A stretch of 64,000 nt of DNA from Alphaproteobacteria bacterium (GTDB lineage Bacteria; Pseudomonadota; Alphaproteobacteria; Micavibrionales; Micavibrionaceae), in assembly GCA_021775955.1 (NCBI GenBank), contig JAJFGU010000016.1:4721-68720 (forward strand). Direction: 5' to 3'. The notes beneath the pieces are model-generated. The model was not told the origin of the DNA. It saw only the letters and a program-made list of their open reading frames with translations, and ran no database searches. A program made the position numbers and the translations under genes. Every line of letters begins with the position of its first letter. Positions within the stretch are counted from its first letter, which is position 1. Positions 36,777-47,761 of this stretch are shown here, one piece after another.

Positions 36777-37592
36777 TTATTTTCTGTCACGCAGTTCCTG
36801 GAATTCATCGCTGAAGAAATCATCCGGGTCGGCTTTATAAGTTGGCGCGAACGGGTTCTCTTTGTAAGGGAACATGCGGCCGCGGTAATCATGGCGCTTG
36901 GCGATGTTGGCTTTTCTTAGCTCCTTAAGGCGGCCCGCCACATCGACCTTACGTCTGAAGGTCACCGTGTCCAGCGCGCGTTCTTCTTTATCCTTGGCCC
37001 AGATTTTGACATCACCCGGTAATTTTTTGCTACCCGGAATAAATACGCCCTTGCCGCCCGGTACCTCGGCGTTGCCCCGCTCGCCCTCAAAGCTGACCAG
37101 CCCGTCTTCAACCATGACGCCATAGCCGTCATCAATATCACCGGCCCAAAATTGTGTGCCGCGAATACCGATTGATCCGCTCGCAGTTTTGATTTTGACC
37201 TTGGGGTCTTCGCGCTTGGAAATCATGCCGCTCAGCCAGTGGAAGGAGCCTTTGGTAATGGAAAAATCAGCCACATTTTCATCGGAATCGTAAGGATCGA
37301 AAATATATTTGTCGATCAGAAGTTCGGAGTTTTCCGCCAGTGTGATCTGCGTATCATCAATAAAGAGAATAAGGATTTTTGAATCGGCAGCCGTATGAAC
37401 GACGGAGTTCAGGTAAACCGGATCATCCGTCTTGATTTTGCTTTTCTTGCTATCGGCGCTGACGTAATGGGCTGAGCCTTCCAGCTCGACCACCTGACCG
37501 ATGGGGTAGTGCGTTTTGCTCTGCGCAAAGGCAAAACCCGAAAATCCTATCAATAGAGATAAAAGCAGCATCGCTGCCAGAAAAGCCCTCAT
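36777..37592 (-). CDS. Secreted FecR-domain protein (paralogue of 35218-36042)
   Basis: Signal peptide MRAFLAAMLLLSLLIGFSGFAFA. It has ILILFIDDTQITLAENSEL, KGSFHWLSG and SIGIRGTQFW, collinear with the other FecR ORF. Confidence 0.65.
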   Translation of the reverse strand: MRAFLAAMLLLSLLIGFSGFAFAQSKTHYPIGQVVELEGSAHYVSADSKKSKIKTDDPVYLNSVVHTAADSKILILFIDDTQITLAENSELLIDKYIFDPYDSDENVADFSITKGSFHWLSGMISKREDPKVKIKTASGSIGIRGTQFWAGDIDDGYGVMVEDGLVSFEGERGNAEVPGGKGVFIPGSKKLPGDVKIWAKDKEERALDTVTFRRKVDVAGRLKELRKANIAKRHDYRGRMFPYKENPFAPTYKADPDDFFSDEFQELRDRK

Positions 37593-37699
37593 TTTCGATC
37601 CAGTCCCCTATATTCTTATAGTTTTAGTGTATCACGCAGAGACTTGAGAAATTATCAACTTTTCATACAATTTTATATATAATTCAACGAAGCTTGAAT

Positions 37700-39058
37700 T
37701 TAAGCAGCTTTTTCTAATATATCGAGCCAGCTGGCCAGATCGTTCAAAGCACGGCTGGTATAGGCCTTTTTCTTGTCCATTTTCTTGGTTTTACCACGAA
37801 ATTTGCCTTCGATCGGTGGAAAAAGGCCGAAATTGATGTTCATTGGCTGGAAGGTCTCCGTATCGGCGCCGCCCGTGATATGGCCCAAAAGCGCGCCGAG
37901 TGCCGTTGTATGCGGCGGGGTTTCAAGCGAGACTCCCAGTTTTTCGCTGGCGGCAAAACGCCCGGCCATAATGCCGACGGCCGCGCTTTCAACATAGCCT
38001 TCGCAGCCGGTGATTTGTCCGGCAAAACGCAGGCGCGGCATTGCTTGTAATTGCAGCGTTTCATTGAGTAGCTTCGGGGAATTGATGAACGTATTTCTGT
38101 GCAATCCACCCAGCCGGACGAAATTTGCATTCTCCAGCCCGGGGATCATTTTAAACACGCGGGTCTGCTCGCCGTATTTCATTTTGGTCTGGAAGCCGAC
38201 CATATTATACAGCGTGCCGAGCGCGTTATCCTGGCGCAGCTGCACCACGGCGTAAGGGCGCTCATCGGAATGGGGGTTGGTCAGGCCGACGGGTTTCATC
38301 GGACCGAAGCGTAAGGTTTCCGGTCCACGTGATGCGCTGACTTCCACGGGCATGCAGCCTTCAAAATAGGGCGTGTCGCGTTCCCAGTCTTTAAATTCTC
38401 CGTATTCGGCGTTTACAAGCTCGTTGATGAAATTATTGTACTGTTCCTCATTCATCGCGCAGTTGATATAGTCTTTACCGCTGCCCGCCGGGCCTTCCTT
38501 GTCGTAGCGTGATTGAAACCAGGAGGCGTCCATATTGATGGACTCTTTTTCGACAATCGGGGCGATGGCATCAAAGAAGGCAAGCGCATCTTCACCGGTA
38601 ATCTCCTTGATAGCCTCGGCCAGCGCGGAGGAGGTGAGGGGGCCGGTGGCAATGATGACGCTGTCCCATTCCTCTGGCGGCAGGCCAGCAACTTCACCGC
38701 GCTCGATGGTAATAAGAGGGTGCTCTTCCAGCGCCTTTGTCACGCCATCGGAGAATATGTCGCGGTCAACGGCCAAAGCGCCGCCGGCAGGCACAGCAGC
38801 CTTATCGCCTTCACGCATGATGAGCGAGCCGCAGCGGCGCATTTCTTCATGCAGCAGGCCAACGGCGTTATGCTCGGCGTCATCAGAGCGGAACGAATTG
38901 GAACAGACCAGCTCGGCCAGCCCATCCGTTTGATGCGCGGGGGTTTCGACATGCGGGCGCATTTCGTGAAGGACCACAGGCACGCCCATATTGGCGACCT
39001 GCCATGCGGCCTCGCTTCCGGCCAGCCCGCCACCGATGATGTGAATTGGTTTGGTCAT
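37700..39058 (-). CDS. trmFO: Methylenetetrahydrofolate--tRNA-(uracil54-C5)-methyltransferase
   Basis: [14 protein letters not shown] is the FAD-binding start. It has the GidA-related small form (452 aa), plus [10 protein letters not shown] and [11 protein letters not shown]. Confidence 0.95.
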   Translation of the reverse strand: MTKPIHIIGGGLAGSEAAWQVANMGVPVVLHEMRPHVETPAHQTDGLAELVCSNSFRSDDAEHNAVGLLHEEMRRCGSLIMREGDKAAVPAGGALAVDRDIFSDGVTKALEEHPLITIERGEVAGLPPEEWDSVIIATGPLTSSALAEAIKEITGEDALAFFDAIAPIVEKESINMDASWFQSRYDKEGPAGSGKDYINCAMNEEQYNNFINELVNAEYGEFKDWERDTPYFEGCMPVEVSASRGPETLRFGPMKPVGLTNPHSDERPYAVVQLRQDNALGTLYNMVGFQTKMKYGEQTRVFKMIPGLENANFVRLGGLHRNTFINSPKLLNETLQLQAMPRLRFAGQITGCEGYVESAAVGIMAGRFAASEKLGVSLETPPHTTALGALLGHITGGADTETFQPMNINFGLFPPIEGKFRGKTKKMDKKKAYTSRALNDLASWLDILEKAA

Positions 39059-39068
39059 GGGCGTTTAT

Positions 39069-39094
39069 AGCCATGAAGACGCCAAGACACCAAG
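39069..39094 (-). repeat. Degenerate phased word-triplet arm facing the trmFO start (gene-sense CTTGGTGt CTTGGCGt CTTCATGGCT)
   Basis: Plus strand reads AGCCATGAAGACGCCAAGACACCAAG, with an 8-bp period. It is followed (gene-sense) by ATAAACGCCC and the ATG at 39058, with no SD. Confidence 0.7.
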
Positions 39095-39130
39095 CTTTTT
39101 GTTGTCATGCGGCTAGGATAATGACAGCCC

Positions 39131-39682
39131 CTAGGGAAAGACCTTCGGGCCAAGATTGTCGACATATTTTACATTATAAGGCGGCAGGCGCTCCGGATCA
39201 GTCGGGTAGCGCCGCCCGTCAAAATGCAGGGCAACGTTCTTGGTGGTGCCGGCGCGGCCCGAGACACGAATGATCAAATCCTTCCAGCCATTGGTTTTAA
39301 TCCGGCTGATGTACAAAGGCGGGCGGATCGGCTTGATGATATTCACAGCCGTAAAATGCTCAAGACCGGCTTTCATGATTAGCATCGTGCAGCCATGGGT
39401 GCCGCACCAGTGACCAAAAGGGTTTTTAAACAAAACCAGCGCATCTTCCAGCCCGTCACCGTTTAAATCTGCGCGTTTAAACTCATAATGTGAAGACACC
39501 GGGGCGCCGGAGCGTTTTAGATAATCTTTCACCGCGCGGCGCAGCACTTCATTGTTGGGGCTGGCCAGCTCTTCGGGAAAGGGCAGCAGGGGCCCGGAAT
39601 CACGGCTCGTCCTTGAAGAGCCGCAAGCCGAGAGAGCTAACACCACAAAGGCTGACAGAATGAGAGTATGAAATCTGCGCAT
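39131..39682 (-). CDS. Lipoprotein, unknown function
   Basis: Lipobox VLALSAC. 183 aa. It contains DLNGDGLEDALVLF (an FG-GAP/VCBS-like turn). Confidence 0.6.
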   Translation of the reverse strand: MRRFHTLILSAFVVLALSACGSSRTSRDSGPLLPFPEELASPNNEVLRRAVKDYLKRSGAPVSSHYEFKRADLNGDGLEDALVLFKNPFGHWCGTHGCTMLIMKAGLEHFTAVNIIKPIRPPLYISRIKTNGWKDLIIRVSGRAGTTKNVALHFDGRRYPTDPERLPPYNVKYVDNLGPKVFP

Positions 39683-39851
39683 AATCAGCTCAGAATATCT
39701 GATTTAAAAATGCTTTCATACTGCGCTGCACAAGGGATTCACAGTTTTTGGAGATCAAAGATATTGCCTTGGGTTTGCCGGGCCTTTAAGGTGCGCTTTG
39801 CGGTATTGCTAGAGTTTGGACCCTAATAATCCATAAAAAGGAGCGCGCCCT

Positions 39852-40190
39852 ATGACCTTCGTGGTCACAGATGTCTGTATCAAGTGTAAATACACCGATT
39901 GCGTAGAAGTTTGTCCGGTAGACTGCTTTTACGAGGGTGAGAATATGCTTGTGATTTCTCCTGACGAGTGCATTGATTGCGGTGTGTGCGAGCCGGAGTG
40001 CCCGATTGAAGCGATTTTGCCGGATTCCGATGACAAGGCCGATAAGTGGTTGGAGCTGAACAAGGACTATTCGGAGAAATGGCCGAATATTACCCACACC
40101 AAGGAGCCTTTGCCCGAAGCCGACGCCATGAAGGACGAAGAAGGCAAGCTCGAAAAACACTTCAGTGAAAAGCCGGGCGAAGGGGATTAA
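39852..40190 (+). CDS. fdxA: 7Fe ferredoxin (FdxA type)
   Basis: [18 protein letters not shown] and [12 protein letters not shown] cluster motifs. 112 aa. Confidence 0.9.
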   Translation: MTFVVTDVCIKCKYTDCVEVCPVDCFYEGENMLVISPDECIDCGVCEPECPIEAILPDSDDKADKWLELNKDYSEKWPNITHTKEPLPEADAMKDEEGKLEKHFSEKPGEGD

Positions 40191-40207
40191 CCCAAAAGGA
40201 GATGGTC

Positions 40208-41212
40208 ATGAGTGCACAAACTGCCGTTCAAAAAACACAAGAGCCTTTAAAGCCCGATGCCGAATATCGCGGCAAAATTTACAACTCGATTCTGGATACG
40301 ATCGGCAATACGCCGCTGGTGCGCGTGGAGAAGTTCACAGAAAAATATGATCTGGAAGCCGATATTCTGGCCAAGCTGGAGTTTTTCAATCCATTGGCCT
40401 CGGTGAAGGACCGTATCGGCTTTGCCATGATTGAAGATGCCGAGCGCGCCGGCAAGATAACACCGGGCAAAACGGTTTTGATCGAGCCTACTTCGGGCAA
40501 TACCGGTATTGCGCTGGCTTTTGTCGCGGCGGCGAAAGGGTATCGTATCATTTTGGTGATGCCGGAAAGCTTTTCGATTGAGCGTCGAAAGATGCTCAGA
40601 TATCTCGGGGCAGAGTTGGTCTTAACCCCGAAAGAGCAGGGCATGAAAGGTGCCATAGCCAAAGCCGAAGAATTGGCCGCCAGTGAAGACGATGCGTTTA
40701 TCCCAAGCCAGTTCGCCAATCCGGCCAATCCGCAGATCCACCGTGAGACCACGGCGCTGGAAATCTGGAACGATACCGACGGCAAGGCCGATGTTCTGGT
40801 TTCCGGTATCGGCACCAGCGGCACGATTGTTGGTGTCAGCCAGGTGATGAAAGAGCGCAAGCCGGAGTTTCGCTCCTATGCGATTGAGCCGGTAGAAAGC
40901 CCGGTGCTATCGGGCGGCGAGCATTCACCGCATATGATTCAGGGCATCGGCGCCGGGTTTGTGCCGGATATTTTTGAACGCGATCTGATCGATGGCGTTG
41001 TGCAGATCAACAGCCAGCAGGCGATTGATATGGCGCGGGAAGTCACGAAGTTGGAAGGCATTCCGTGTGGTATTTCCGGTGGCGCGGCCTTTGCCGCGAC
41101 GATTGAAGTGGCGCGTATGCCAGAGAATAAGGGCAAACAGATCGTGACCATTATTCCGTCTTTTGCCGAGCGTTATATCTCTACGCCGCTCTTTGATGGG
41201 TTGGAGGAGTAA
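40208..41212 (+). CDS. cysK: Cysteine synthase A (O-acetylserine sulfhydrylase)
   Basis: IGNTPLV, NPLASVKDR (PLP lysine), TSGNTGIALA and GIGTSGT are present. The ATG at 40208 is preferred because the AAGGAG SD lies 7 nt upstream. Confidence 0.9.
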   Translation: MSAQTAVQKTQEPLKPDAEYRGKIYNSILDTIGNTPLVRVEKFTEKYDLEADILAKLEFFNPLASVKDRIGFAMIEDAERAGKITPGKTVLIEPTSGNTGIALAFVAAAKGYRIILVMPESFSIERRKMLRYLGAELVLTPKEQGMKGAIAKAEELAASEDDAFIPSQFANPANPQIHRETTALEIWNDTDGKADVLVSGIGTSGTIVGVSQVMKERKPEFRSYAIEPVESPVLSGGEHSPHMIQGIGAGFVPDIFERDLIDGVVQINSQQAIDMAREVTKLEGIPCGISGGAAFAATIEVARMPENKGKQIVTIIPSFAERYISTPLFDGLEE

Positions 41213-41213
41213 T

Positions 41214-41444
41214 ATGGATGATTATTTTGATAAAGGGGCATGGGCCGGAGTACCAGCCTTTATAGTGGTTTGGATTGCTTGCGTTATTTACGCGGTTGGG
41301 CAGTATGGATGGTTTTTGGGTCTGCCATTAGGGGCAGTTGTTGGAGGGTTTTTTGCTAGCATAGCATTTGTAGTAGCTGCACTATTATGGCCCTTGATTG
41401 CTTTGGGTGTTATTTGCTTGGTGTTAATGATTGCGGCTTCGTGA
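41214..41444 (+). CDS. Small two-TM membrane protein
   Basis: 76 aa. GGAGGAG SD lies just upstream inside the cysK end. Hydrophobic segments are VPAFIVVWIACVIYAV and ASIAFVVAALLWPLIALGVICLVLMIAA. Confidence 0.5.
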   Translation: MDDYFDKGAWAGVPAFIVVWIACVIYAVGQYGWFLGLPLGAVVGGFFASIAFVVAALLWPLIALGVICLVLMIAAS

Positions 41445-41510
41445 GCACGCATATGCCTAAAGTGTAGTGTTTCTCCTTTAAGCTTTTTCTTCGCTTTTCT
41501 CTCTCTCCCT

Positions 41511-42760
<1,250 letters not shown>

Positions 42761-42875
42761 TTAATAGGGTCACCAAAAGTAAGGAATACAGTGGCGTTCA
42801 AAAAACAATGACAGTTTTCCTGATCATGGAGTTCTATTAGTATAGGACCGCAAAGGTGCACAATAGGGGGGCTGA

Positions 42876-43232
42876 ATGCCGGAAGATCTGGATCAGAATA
42901 CCATCAATAATATTAAGGAATTGATGGCGGATAAATTTCCGGAGGTCGTTGAGGGGTATATGGAGGATTCCGATGAGCGCATTGCTAAAATAAAAGAGGG
43001 GTTTGAAAGCAACGATTGTCAGCAGGTTAGCGACTATGCCCATCCCTTGAAATCATCCAGCGCAACGCTGGGGCTTTTCCCTTTATCGTCAGTGGCAGAA
43101 AAAATTGAATTTTTGGCCAACGATGCCTGTAAAAACAGTCAGGACATGACAAAAATAAGGCCGCTATTGGATGATCTGCAGTCTGCCTACGCGGATGCAA
43201 AGAAAAAGTTGTTGGTGGAAGTGAATGCCTAA
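42876..43232 (+). CDS. Histidine phosphotransfer (HPt) domain protein
   Basis: 118 aa. AHPLKSSSATLG matches the HxxKG(S)S phosphorylatable-His motif in a four-helix context. Confidence 0.75.
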   Translation: MPEDLDQNTINNIKELMADKFPEVVEGYMEDSDERIAKIKEGFESNDCQQVSDYAHPLKSSSATLGLFPLSSVAEKIEFLANDACKNSQDMTKIRPLLDDLQSAYADAKKKLLVEVNA

Positions 43233-43614
43233 AAACCTAAAGCGCATCATGCATGTTGATGACGATATCATTATTCAGAAAATTACGAGCCAGGCTTTAG
43301 AAAAGCTTGGAGGGTTTGAGGTGCAGACCCATGGCAATGGACAAACGGCTCTGGATTCTTACGAGGATTTTAAGCCTGATCTTATTTTAATCGATATGAT
43401 TATGCCGGAAATGGAAGGGCCGGAAGCCCTCCATAATTTGCGGGAAAAAATGAGGGTGCTCGACGTTCCGGTTATTTTTGTTACCGGCAAGAATAAAGAG
43501 AACATTGATCTGGATGATGTAACGCTTGGTGTTATAGGAGTAATTAAAAAGCCTTATCAGCCGCAAGAGCTGGTTGATACGATTAAGGGTATCTGGACCC
43601 AGCATTACTCTTAA
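43225..43614 (+). CDS. Single-domain response regulator (CheY-like receiver)
   Basis: VDDD, the DLILIDMIMPEMEG phospho-acceptor Asp, a VTGK threonine-region equivalent and the conserved K in KKPY. It overlaps the HPt stop by 8 nt. Confidence 0.85.
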   Translation: MPKNLKRIMHVDDDIIIQKITSQALEKLGGFEVQTHGNGQTALDSYEDFKPDLILIDMIMPEMEGPEALHNLREKMRVLDVPVIFVTGKNKENIDLDDVTLGVIGVIKKPYQPQELVDTIKGIWTQHYS

Positions 43615-43615
43615 A

Positions 43616-43993
43616 TCACCCTGTCTTGCGCATAATATGTTTAAGCCGCGTCAGGAAGTTTTCATGATCAAAGGGCTTGACGATGTAGTCCATAGCCCCC
43701 ATCTCGAGGCATTCCGAGACGTTTGAAATTGCCATTTCTCCTGTCAGCATAAGAACCGGTATGTCTTGGGTTTCGGTATTTTCTTTTAAATGCTTTAAAA
43801 CTTCACTGCCCTCCATTTCGGGCATTTTTATATCAAGAACAATGGCATCTGGCGTTTTGTCGTTGGCAATATCTAATCCTTCTTGGCCGTTACTAGCACT
43901 CAAGACAGCATAGCCATTTTTGTCGAGTAAAGCCTCGACAACTTCTATAATCGTATTGTCATCATCGACAACAAGAACCGTTTGTTTTGTCAT
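43616..43993 (-). CDS. Single-domain response regulator (CheY-like receiver)
   Basis: VLVVDDD, AIVLDIKMPEMEG, LMLTG and IVKPF. Confidence 0.85.
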   Translation of the reverse strand: MTKQTVLVVDDDNTIIEVVEALLDKNGYAVLSASNGQEGLDIANDKTPDAIVLDIKMPEMEGSEVLKHLKENTETQDIPVLMLTGEMAISNVSECLEMGAMDYIVKPFDHENFLTRLKHIMRKTG

Positions 43994-44076
43994 GGAATAA
44001 TGCCTCCGTTTTCTGGAACCATTATGCCGTGAGCTGGGATGAATGGGTAGTTTTTGATGAAGTTCATTCGATGGTG

Positions 44077-44166
44077 TGGCGGACAGGGAGGGATTCGAAC
44101 CCTCGAAGGGCGTGAACCCTTACTGCTTTTCGAGAGCAGCGCATTCAACCACTCTGCCACCTGTCC
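44077..44166 (-). tRNA. tRNA-Ser (anticodon CGA), class II
   Basis: Reverse complement: GGACAGG TG GCAGAGTGGTTGAATGCG CTGCT CTCGAAA AGCAG TAAGGGTTCACGCCCTTC GAGGG TTCGAAT CCCTC CCTGTCC G CCA. Confidence 0.85.
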
Positions 44167-44175
44167 TGCAGAGCT

Positions 44176-46881
44176 TCAGTTATCAGTGTTCACAAGGGAT
44201 TTCAACGTATAAAGCAATTCCAGGGCTTCTTTCGGGCTGAGAGTGTCCGGGTTGATTGTGCTCAGCTTTTCTTCCAGCGCGCTTGGGCCAATTTCACTTT
44301 GCGAATGATCGCTCATCACTGTGAATAGCGGCAAATCATCGGCGAGCCGTGCCAGGGCGCCCGACTGCTCTCCTGATTGCAGGAGTTTTAAAATTTCTTC
44401 AGCCCGCGCAATTACAGCCGCGGGCAGCCCCGCCAGCTTGCCGACATGAATGCCGTATGATCTGTCCGCCGCGCCCGCCACCACCGCGTGCATAAAAATA
44501 ATATCATTTTTCCATTCTTTGACCTGCATCGAATGACACGATAGGGATGACAGGCTTGCGGTTAGAGAGGTGAGTTCATGGTAATGTGTGGCGAACAACG
44601 CGCGGCATTTATTGACCTCATGCAGATGCTCGACGCAGGCCCAGGCAATTGACAGCCCGTCAAATGTTGCGGTCCCGCGCCCGATCTCATCAAGAATGAC
44701 CAGCGAGCGCTGCGTGGCCTGGTTGAGGATCGCGGCGGTTTCGACCATTTCGACCATGAATGTTGAGCGCCCGCGCGCCAGATCATCGGACGCACCGACA
44801 CGGCTAAACAGCCGGTCAACAATGCCGATTTCTGCTTTGGCGGCGGGTACGAAGGAACCGATCTGCGCCAAGATAGCGACAAGTGCATTTTGCCGCAGAA
44901 AGGTCGATTTCCCCGCCATGTTCGGCCCCGTTAGCAGCCAGAGATTTTGGTTTGGGCCAAGATCGCAATTATTCGGAACAAAGGCTCCGCTTTGCCGACG
45001 TAGCGCCGCTTCGACCACCGGATGGCGCGCCGCTTCAATGTCGAAGCTCAAGGAGTCATCAAGAGTGGGCCTAGTGAAATCACGGCTCACCGCCAGCTCG
45101 GCCAGCGCCGCCGCCACATCCAGCGTGGCGATAGAGCGTGCGATTAAACCAATCGGCTCCGACAGTTTCGAGACCTGCACTACCATTTGCGCAAAAATTT
45201 CCTGCTCAATCGCCAGGGACTTTTCGGCGGCTGAAGAAATATCGCGTTCAAGTTCGGCCAGCTCCGGCGTGGTAAAGCGCATCGCATTGGCCATGGTCTG
45301 GCGGTGGACAAACGGATTGGAGCCGTCATCGATGCGCACCATCAATTTGTCGCCATGTTTGGCGTTCACTTCGATGAAATAACCGAGCACGTTGTTAAAG
45401 CTGATTTTGAGTTTGTCGATTCCGGTTTGTTTTTGGTATTTGGTTTGCAGCGCGGCAATCAGGCGGCGCGATTCATCGCGTAGCGTGCGCAGTTCATCCA
45501 GCTTGGCGGAATACCCCTCTGCGATAAACCCGCCATCACGCGCCAGAAAAGGTGGGTCCCCGGCCAGCGCCGCGTGCAATTTGTCCTGCAACGCCGCGAC
45601 CTCGGGGTTTTGTTGAAGGGTCTTTAACAAATCATCCAGCGTTTCCTTCGCGCTTTCATTGCTCTGGATTTGCGCGCGGATGATTTCGCTTTGACCAAGC
45701 CCGTCGCGGACCATGCTCAAATCCCGAGGGCCCCCGCGATTTGCGCTGAGGCGTGCCAAAGCGCGCTGCATATCCGGAAGGCTGCGCAGTTGCTCGCGCA
45801 TAATGCCGCGCAAGCCCGGTTCATCGGTGAAACACTGCACCCGGCCAAGGCGCGTATTAATCACATTAATGTCGGTCAGCGGCGCCGAGAGATACGATTG
45901 CAGCATCCGCGCGCCCGCTCCGGTGACACTCATATCGATGGTATCCAGCAAGCTGCCTTTGCGCTCACCGGTCAGCGTGCGGGTGAGCTCTAAGTTCCTG
46001 CGTGTGGCCGCGTCGATCTCCATGATAGCGCCCAGCGATAACTGGCGCGGCGGGGACAAATGCGGCATGCCATCAATTTGCGTGCGCGCGACGTAATCAA
46101 TCAGCGTCCCGGCAGCGGCAATCTCGGCGCGGCTAAACCCGCCAAAGGATTCCAGTGTTGCCACACCGAATGTTTTTTCCAGCCGCTTGCGGGCGTTTTC
46201 ACTGTCGAACAGGGAAGCGCTTTGGGTGGTAAGGCGATCTTCCAGCATCTCAAGCGGCTCACGCATGCGCTCCGCCAGCTTGTCGGAAACCAGAACCTCG
46301 CTGGCATCAATGCGCTCGAGCACCGAGGCAATGTCATGTTCATGCACCGGTTGCACGGTGAAGGCGCCGGTGGAAAGCTCGAGCCAGGCCAGCGCGTATT
46401 GATCGCCGACCTCGGTGAGGCAGGCGAGGTAATTGTTTTCATTGGCCGCCAGCAACGTGTCTTCGGTTAGTGTGCCCTGCGTCACCACGCGGATGACATC
46501 GCGATTGACCAGAGTCTTTGACGCCGGGCGGCCTTCCTTTTTGGCGCGGGCTTTGGCTTGCTCGGGTGTTTCGCTCTGCTCGCAAATCGCGACTTTAAAC
46601 CCGGCGCGGATCAGCTTGGCCAGATAGGGCTCATAGGAATGAAATGGCACGCCGCACATCGGGATGTCATTCCCGCCGGCTTTGCCGCGCTTGGTGAGTG
46701 TGATGTCGAGAGTCTCGGAGGCTTTCACCGCGTCGTCATGAAACATCTCATAAAAATCGCCCATGCGGTAAAACAGCAGGGAGTCGGGGTAGCGCTCTTT
46801 AATGGCCATATATTGCGCCATCATCGGCGTGTGGCCGTCTTTCAAGTAGTCTTCAGAGGTTTTTAACGCGGTATTGCCCAT
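44176..46881 (-). CDS. mutS: DNA mismatch repair protein MutS
   Basis: TPMMAQY, FYRMGDFYE, the Walker A GPNMAGKST, and DEIGRGT / THYHEL. 901 aa. Confidence 0.97.
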   Translation of the reverse strand: MGNTALKTSEDYLKDGHTPMMAQYMAIKERYPDSLLFYRMGDFYEMFHDDAVKASETLDITLTKRGKAGGNDIPMCGVPFHSYEPYLAKLIRAGFKVAICEQSETPEQAKARAKKEGRPASKTLVNRDVIRVVTQGTLTEDTLLAANENNYLACLTEVGDQYALAWLELSTGAFTVQPVHEHDIASVLERIDASEVLVSDKLAERMREPLEMLEDRLTTQSASLFDSENARKRLEKTFGVATLESFGGFSRAEIAAAGTLIDYVARTQIDGMPHLSPPRQLSLGAIMEIDAATRRNLELTRTLTGERKGSLLDTIDMSVTGAGARMLQSYLSAPLTDINVINTRLGRVQCFTDEPGLRGIMREQLRSLPDMQRALARLSANRGGPRDLSMVRDGLGQSEIIRAQIQSNESAKETLDDLLKTLQQNPEVAALQDKLHAALAGDPPFLARDGGFIAEGYSAKLDELRTLRDESRRLIAALQTKYQKQTGIDKLKISFNNVLGYFIEVNAKHGDKLMVRIDDGSNPFVHRQTMANAMRFTTPELAELERDISSAAEKSLAIEQEIFAQMVVQVSKLSEPIGLIARSIATLDVAAALAELAVSRDFTRPTLDDSLSFDIEAARHPVVEAALRRQSGAFVPNNCDLGPNQNLWLLTGPNMAGKSTFLRQNALVAILAQIGSFVPAAKAEIGIVDRLFSRVGASDDLARGRSTFMVEMVETAAILNQATQRSLVILDEIGRGTATFDGLSIAWACVEHLHEVNKCRALFATHYHELTSLTASLSSLSCHSMQVKEWKNDIIFMHAVVAGAADRSYGIHVGKLAGLPAAVIARAEEILKLLQSGEQSGALARLADDLPLFTVMSDHSQSEIGPSALEEKLSTINPDTLSPKEALELLYTLKSLVNTDN

Positions 46882-46892
46882 AAGCCTTTTTA

Positions 46893-46920
46893 ACCACCAA
46901 GAACACCAAGGTCACCAAGA
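46893..46920 (-). repeat. Phased word-triplet arm facing the mutS start (gene-sense TCTTGGTGa CCTTGGTGt TCTTGGTGGTT)
   Basis: Plus strand reads AACCACCAAGAACACCAAGGTCACCAAGA, with a 9-bp period. It is followed (gene-sense) by AAAAAGGCTT and the ATG at 46881, with no SD. Confidence 0.85.
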
Positions 46921-46987
46921 AATAATAAAAAACTTGCAAAGGCAGTCACGATGGTTTACATAAGATTGATAATTTGGAGTGTATGTG

Positions 46988-47239
46988 ATGATTAAAGTAT
47001 GGGCTAGCGGAAAAGTAGTAAAACCCCAGGACGCTTATTCCCAGGACACTTTTATTGTAATGTTTGATAAACCAGTTCAAATAGGTCTAATGCGTTGGGA
47101 CACTGCTACCCTTCGCGGTCATTTCTCTAATAAAGCTGCAAGAAGATATGCTAATAAACCAGTCATTTGTCGTGCTTTAATAGAAGAGGGAAAATTTAAT
47201 GCAGAAGCTATGGTAGATATACTTCTAAATCTAGAATAG
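46988..47239 (+). CDS. Hypothetical protein (AT-rich ORFan)
   Basis: 83-aa ORF with a TTGGAG SD-like sequence upstream. No motif recognised. Confidence 0.35.
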   Translation: MIKVWASGKVVKPQDAYSQDTFIVMFDKPVQIGLMRWDTATLRGHFSNKAARRYANKPVICRALIEEGKFNAEAMVDILLNLE

Positions 47240-47281
47240 CCAAAATACGGCTAGCCGCACAAATGATTTGCCTTTATAAAA

Positions 47282-47761
47282 TTACTCCGTCCCCGTAGAG
47301 CCAAATCCGCCTTCGCCGCGCTCGGAGTCTTCGAGGCTGTCGACGACATTCCAGCTTACGGTTTCAAAGCGCTCAACCACCATTTGCGCGATACGCATGC
47401 CGCGCTCGATGGTGAAAGGGTCCTTGCCGTGATTAATCAGGATGACTTTGATCTCGCCGCGGTAATCGGCGTCAATCGTACCGGGCGTATTCAAAACTGT
47501 GACGCCATGATTGATGGCCAGCCCGGAGCGTGGCCGTATCTGCGCCTCAAACCCCGCGGGCAGGGCAATGGACAGCCCTGTGGGCACCAAAGCGCGCTCA
47601 CCGGGGCCAAGCTCTAGTGCTTCTTCCAGCGCCGCCGTCAAATCCATTCCCGCCGATTGCGCGGTGGCATAGGTCGGAAGATTCAGCCCGACCGCATGCT
47701 CAAGCGCGCAGAGTGCGATTTCAACTTTGTCTTTATTATGCGGCATGGATTCTGGCGACAT
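47282..47761 (-). CDS. dut: dUTP diphosphatase
   Basis: [23 protein letters not shown] and FGSTG. The 5' end overlaps the coaBC end. Confidence 0.9.
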   Translation of the reverse strand: MSPESMPHNKDKVEIALCALEHAVGLNLPTYATAQSAGMDLTAALEEALELGPGERALVPTGLSIALPAGFEAQIRPRSGLAINHGVTVLNTPGTIDADYRGEIKVILINHGKDPFTIERGMRIAQMVVERFETVSWNVVDSLEDSERGEGGFGSTGTE

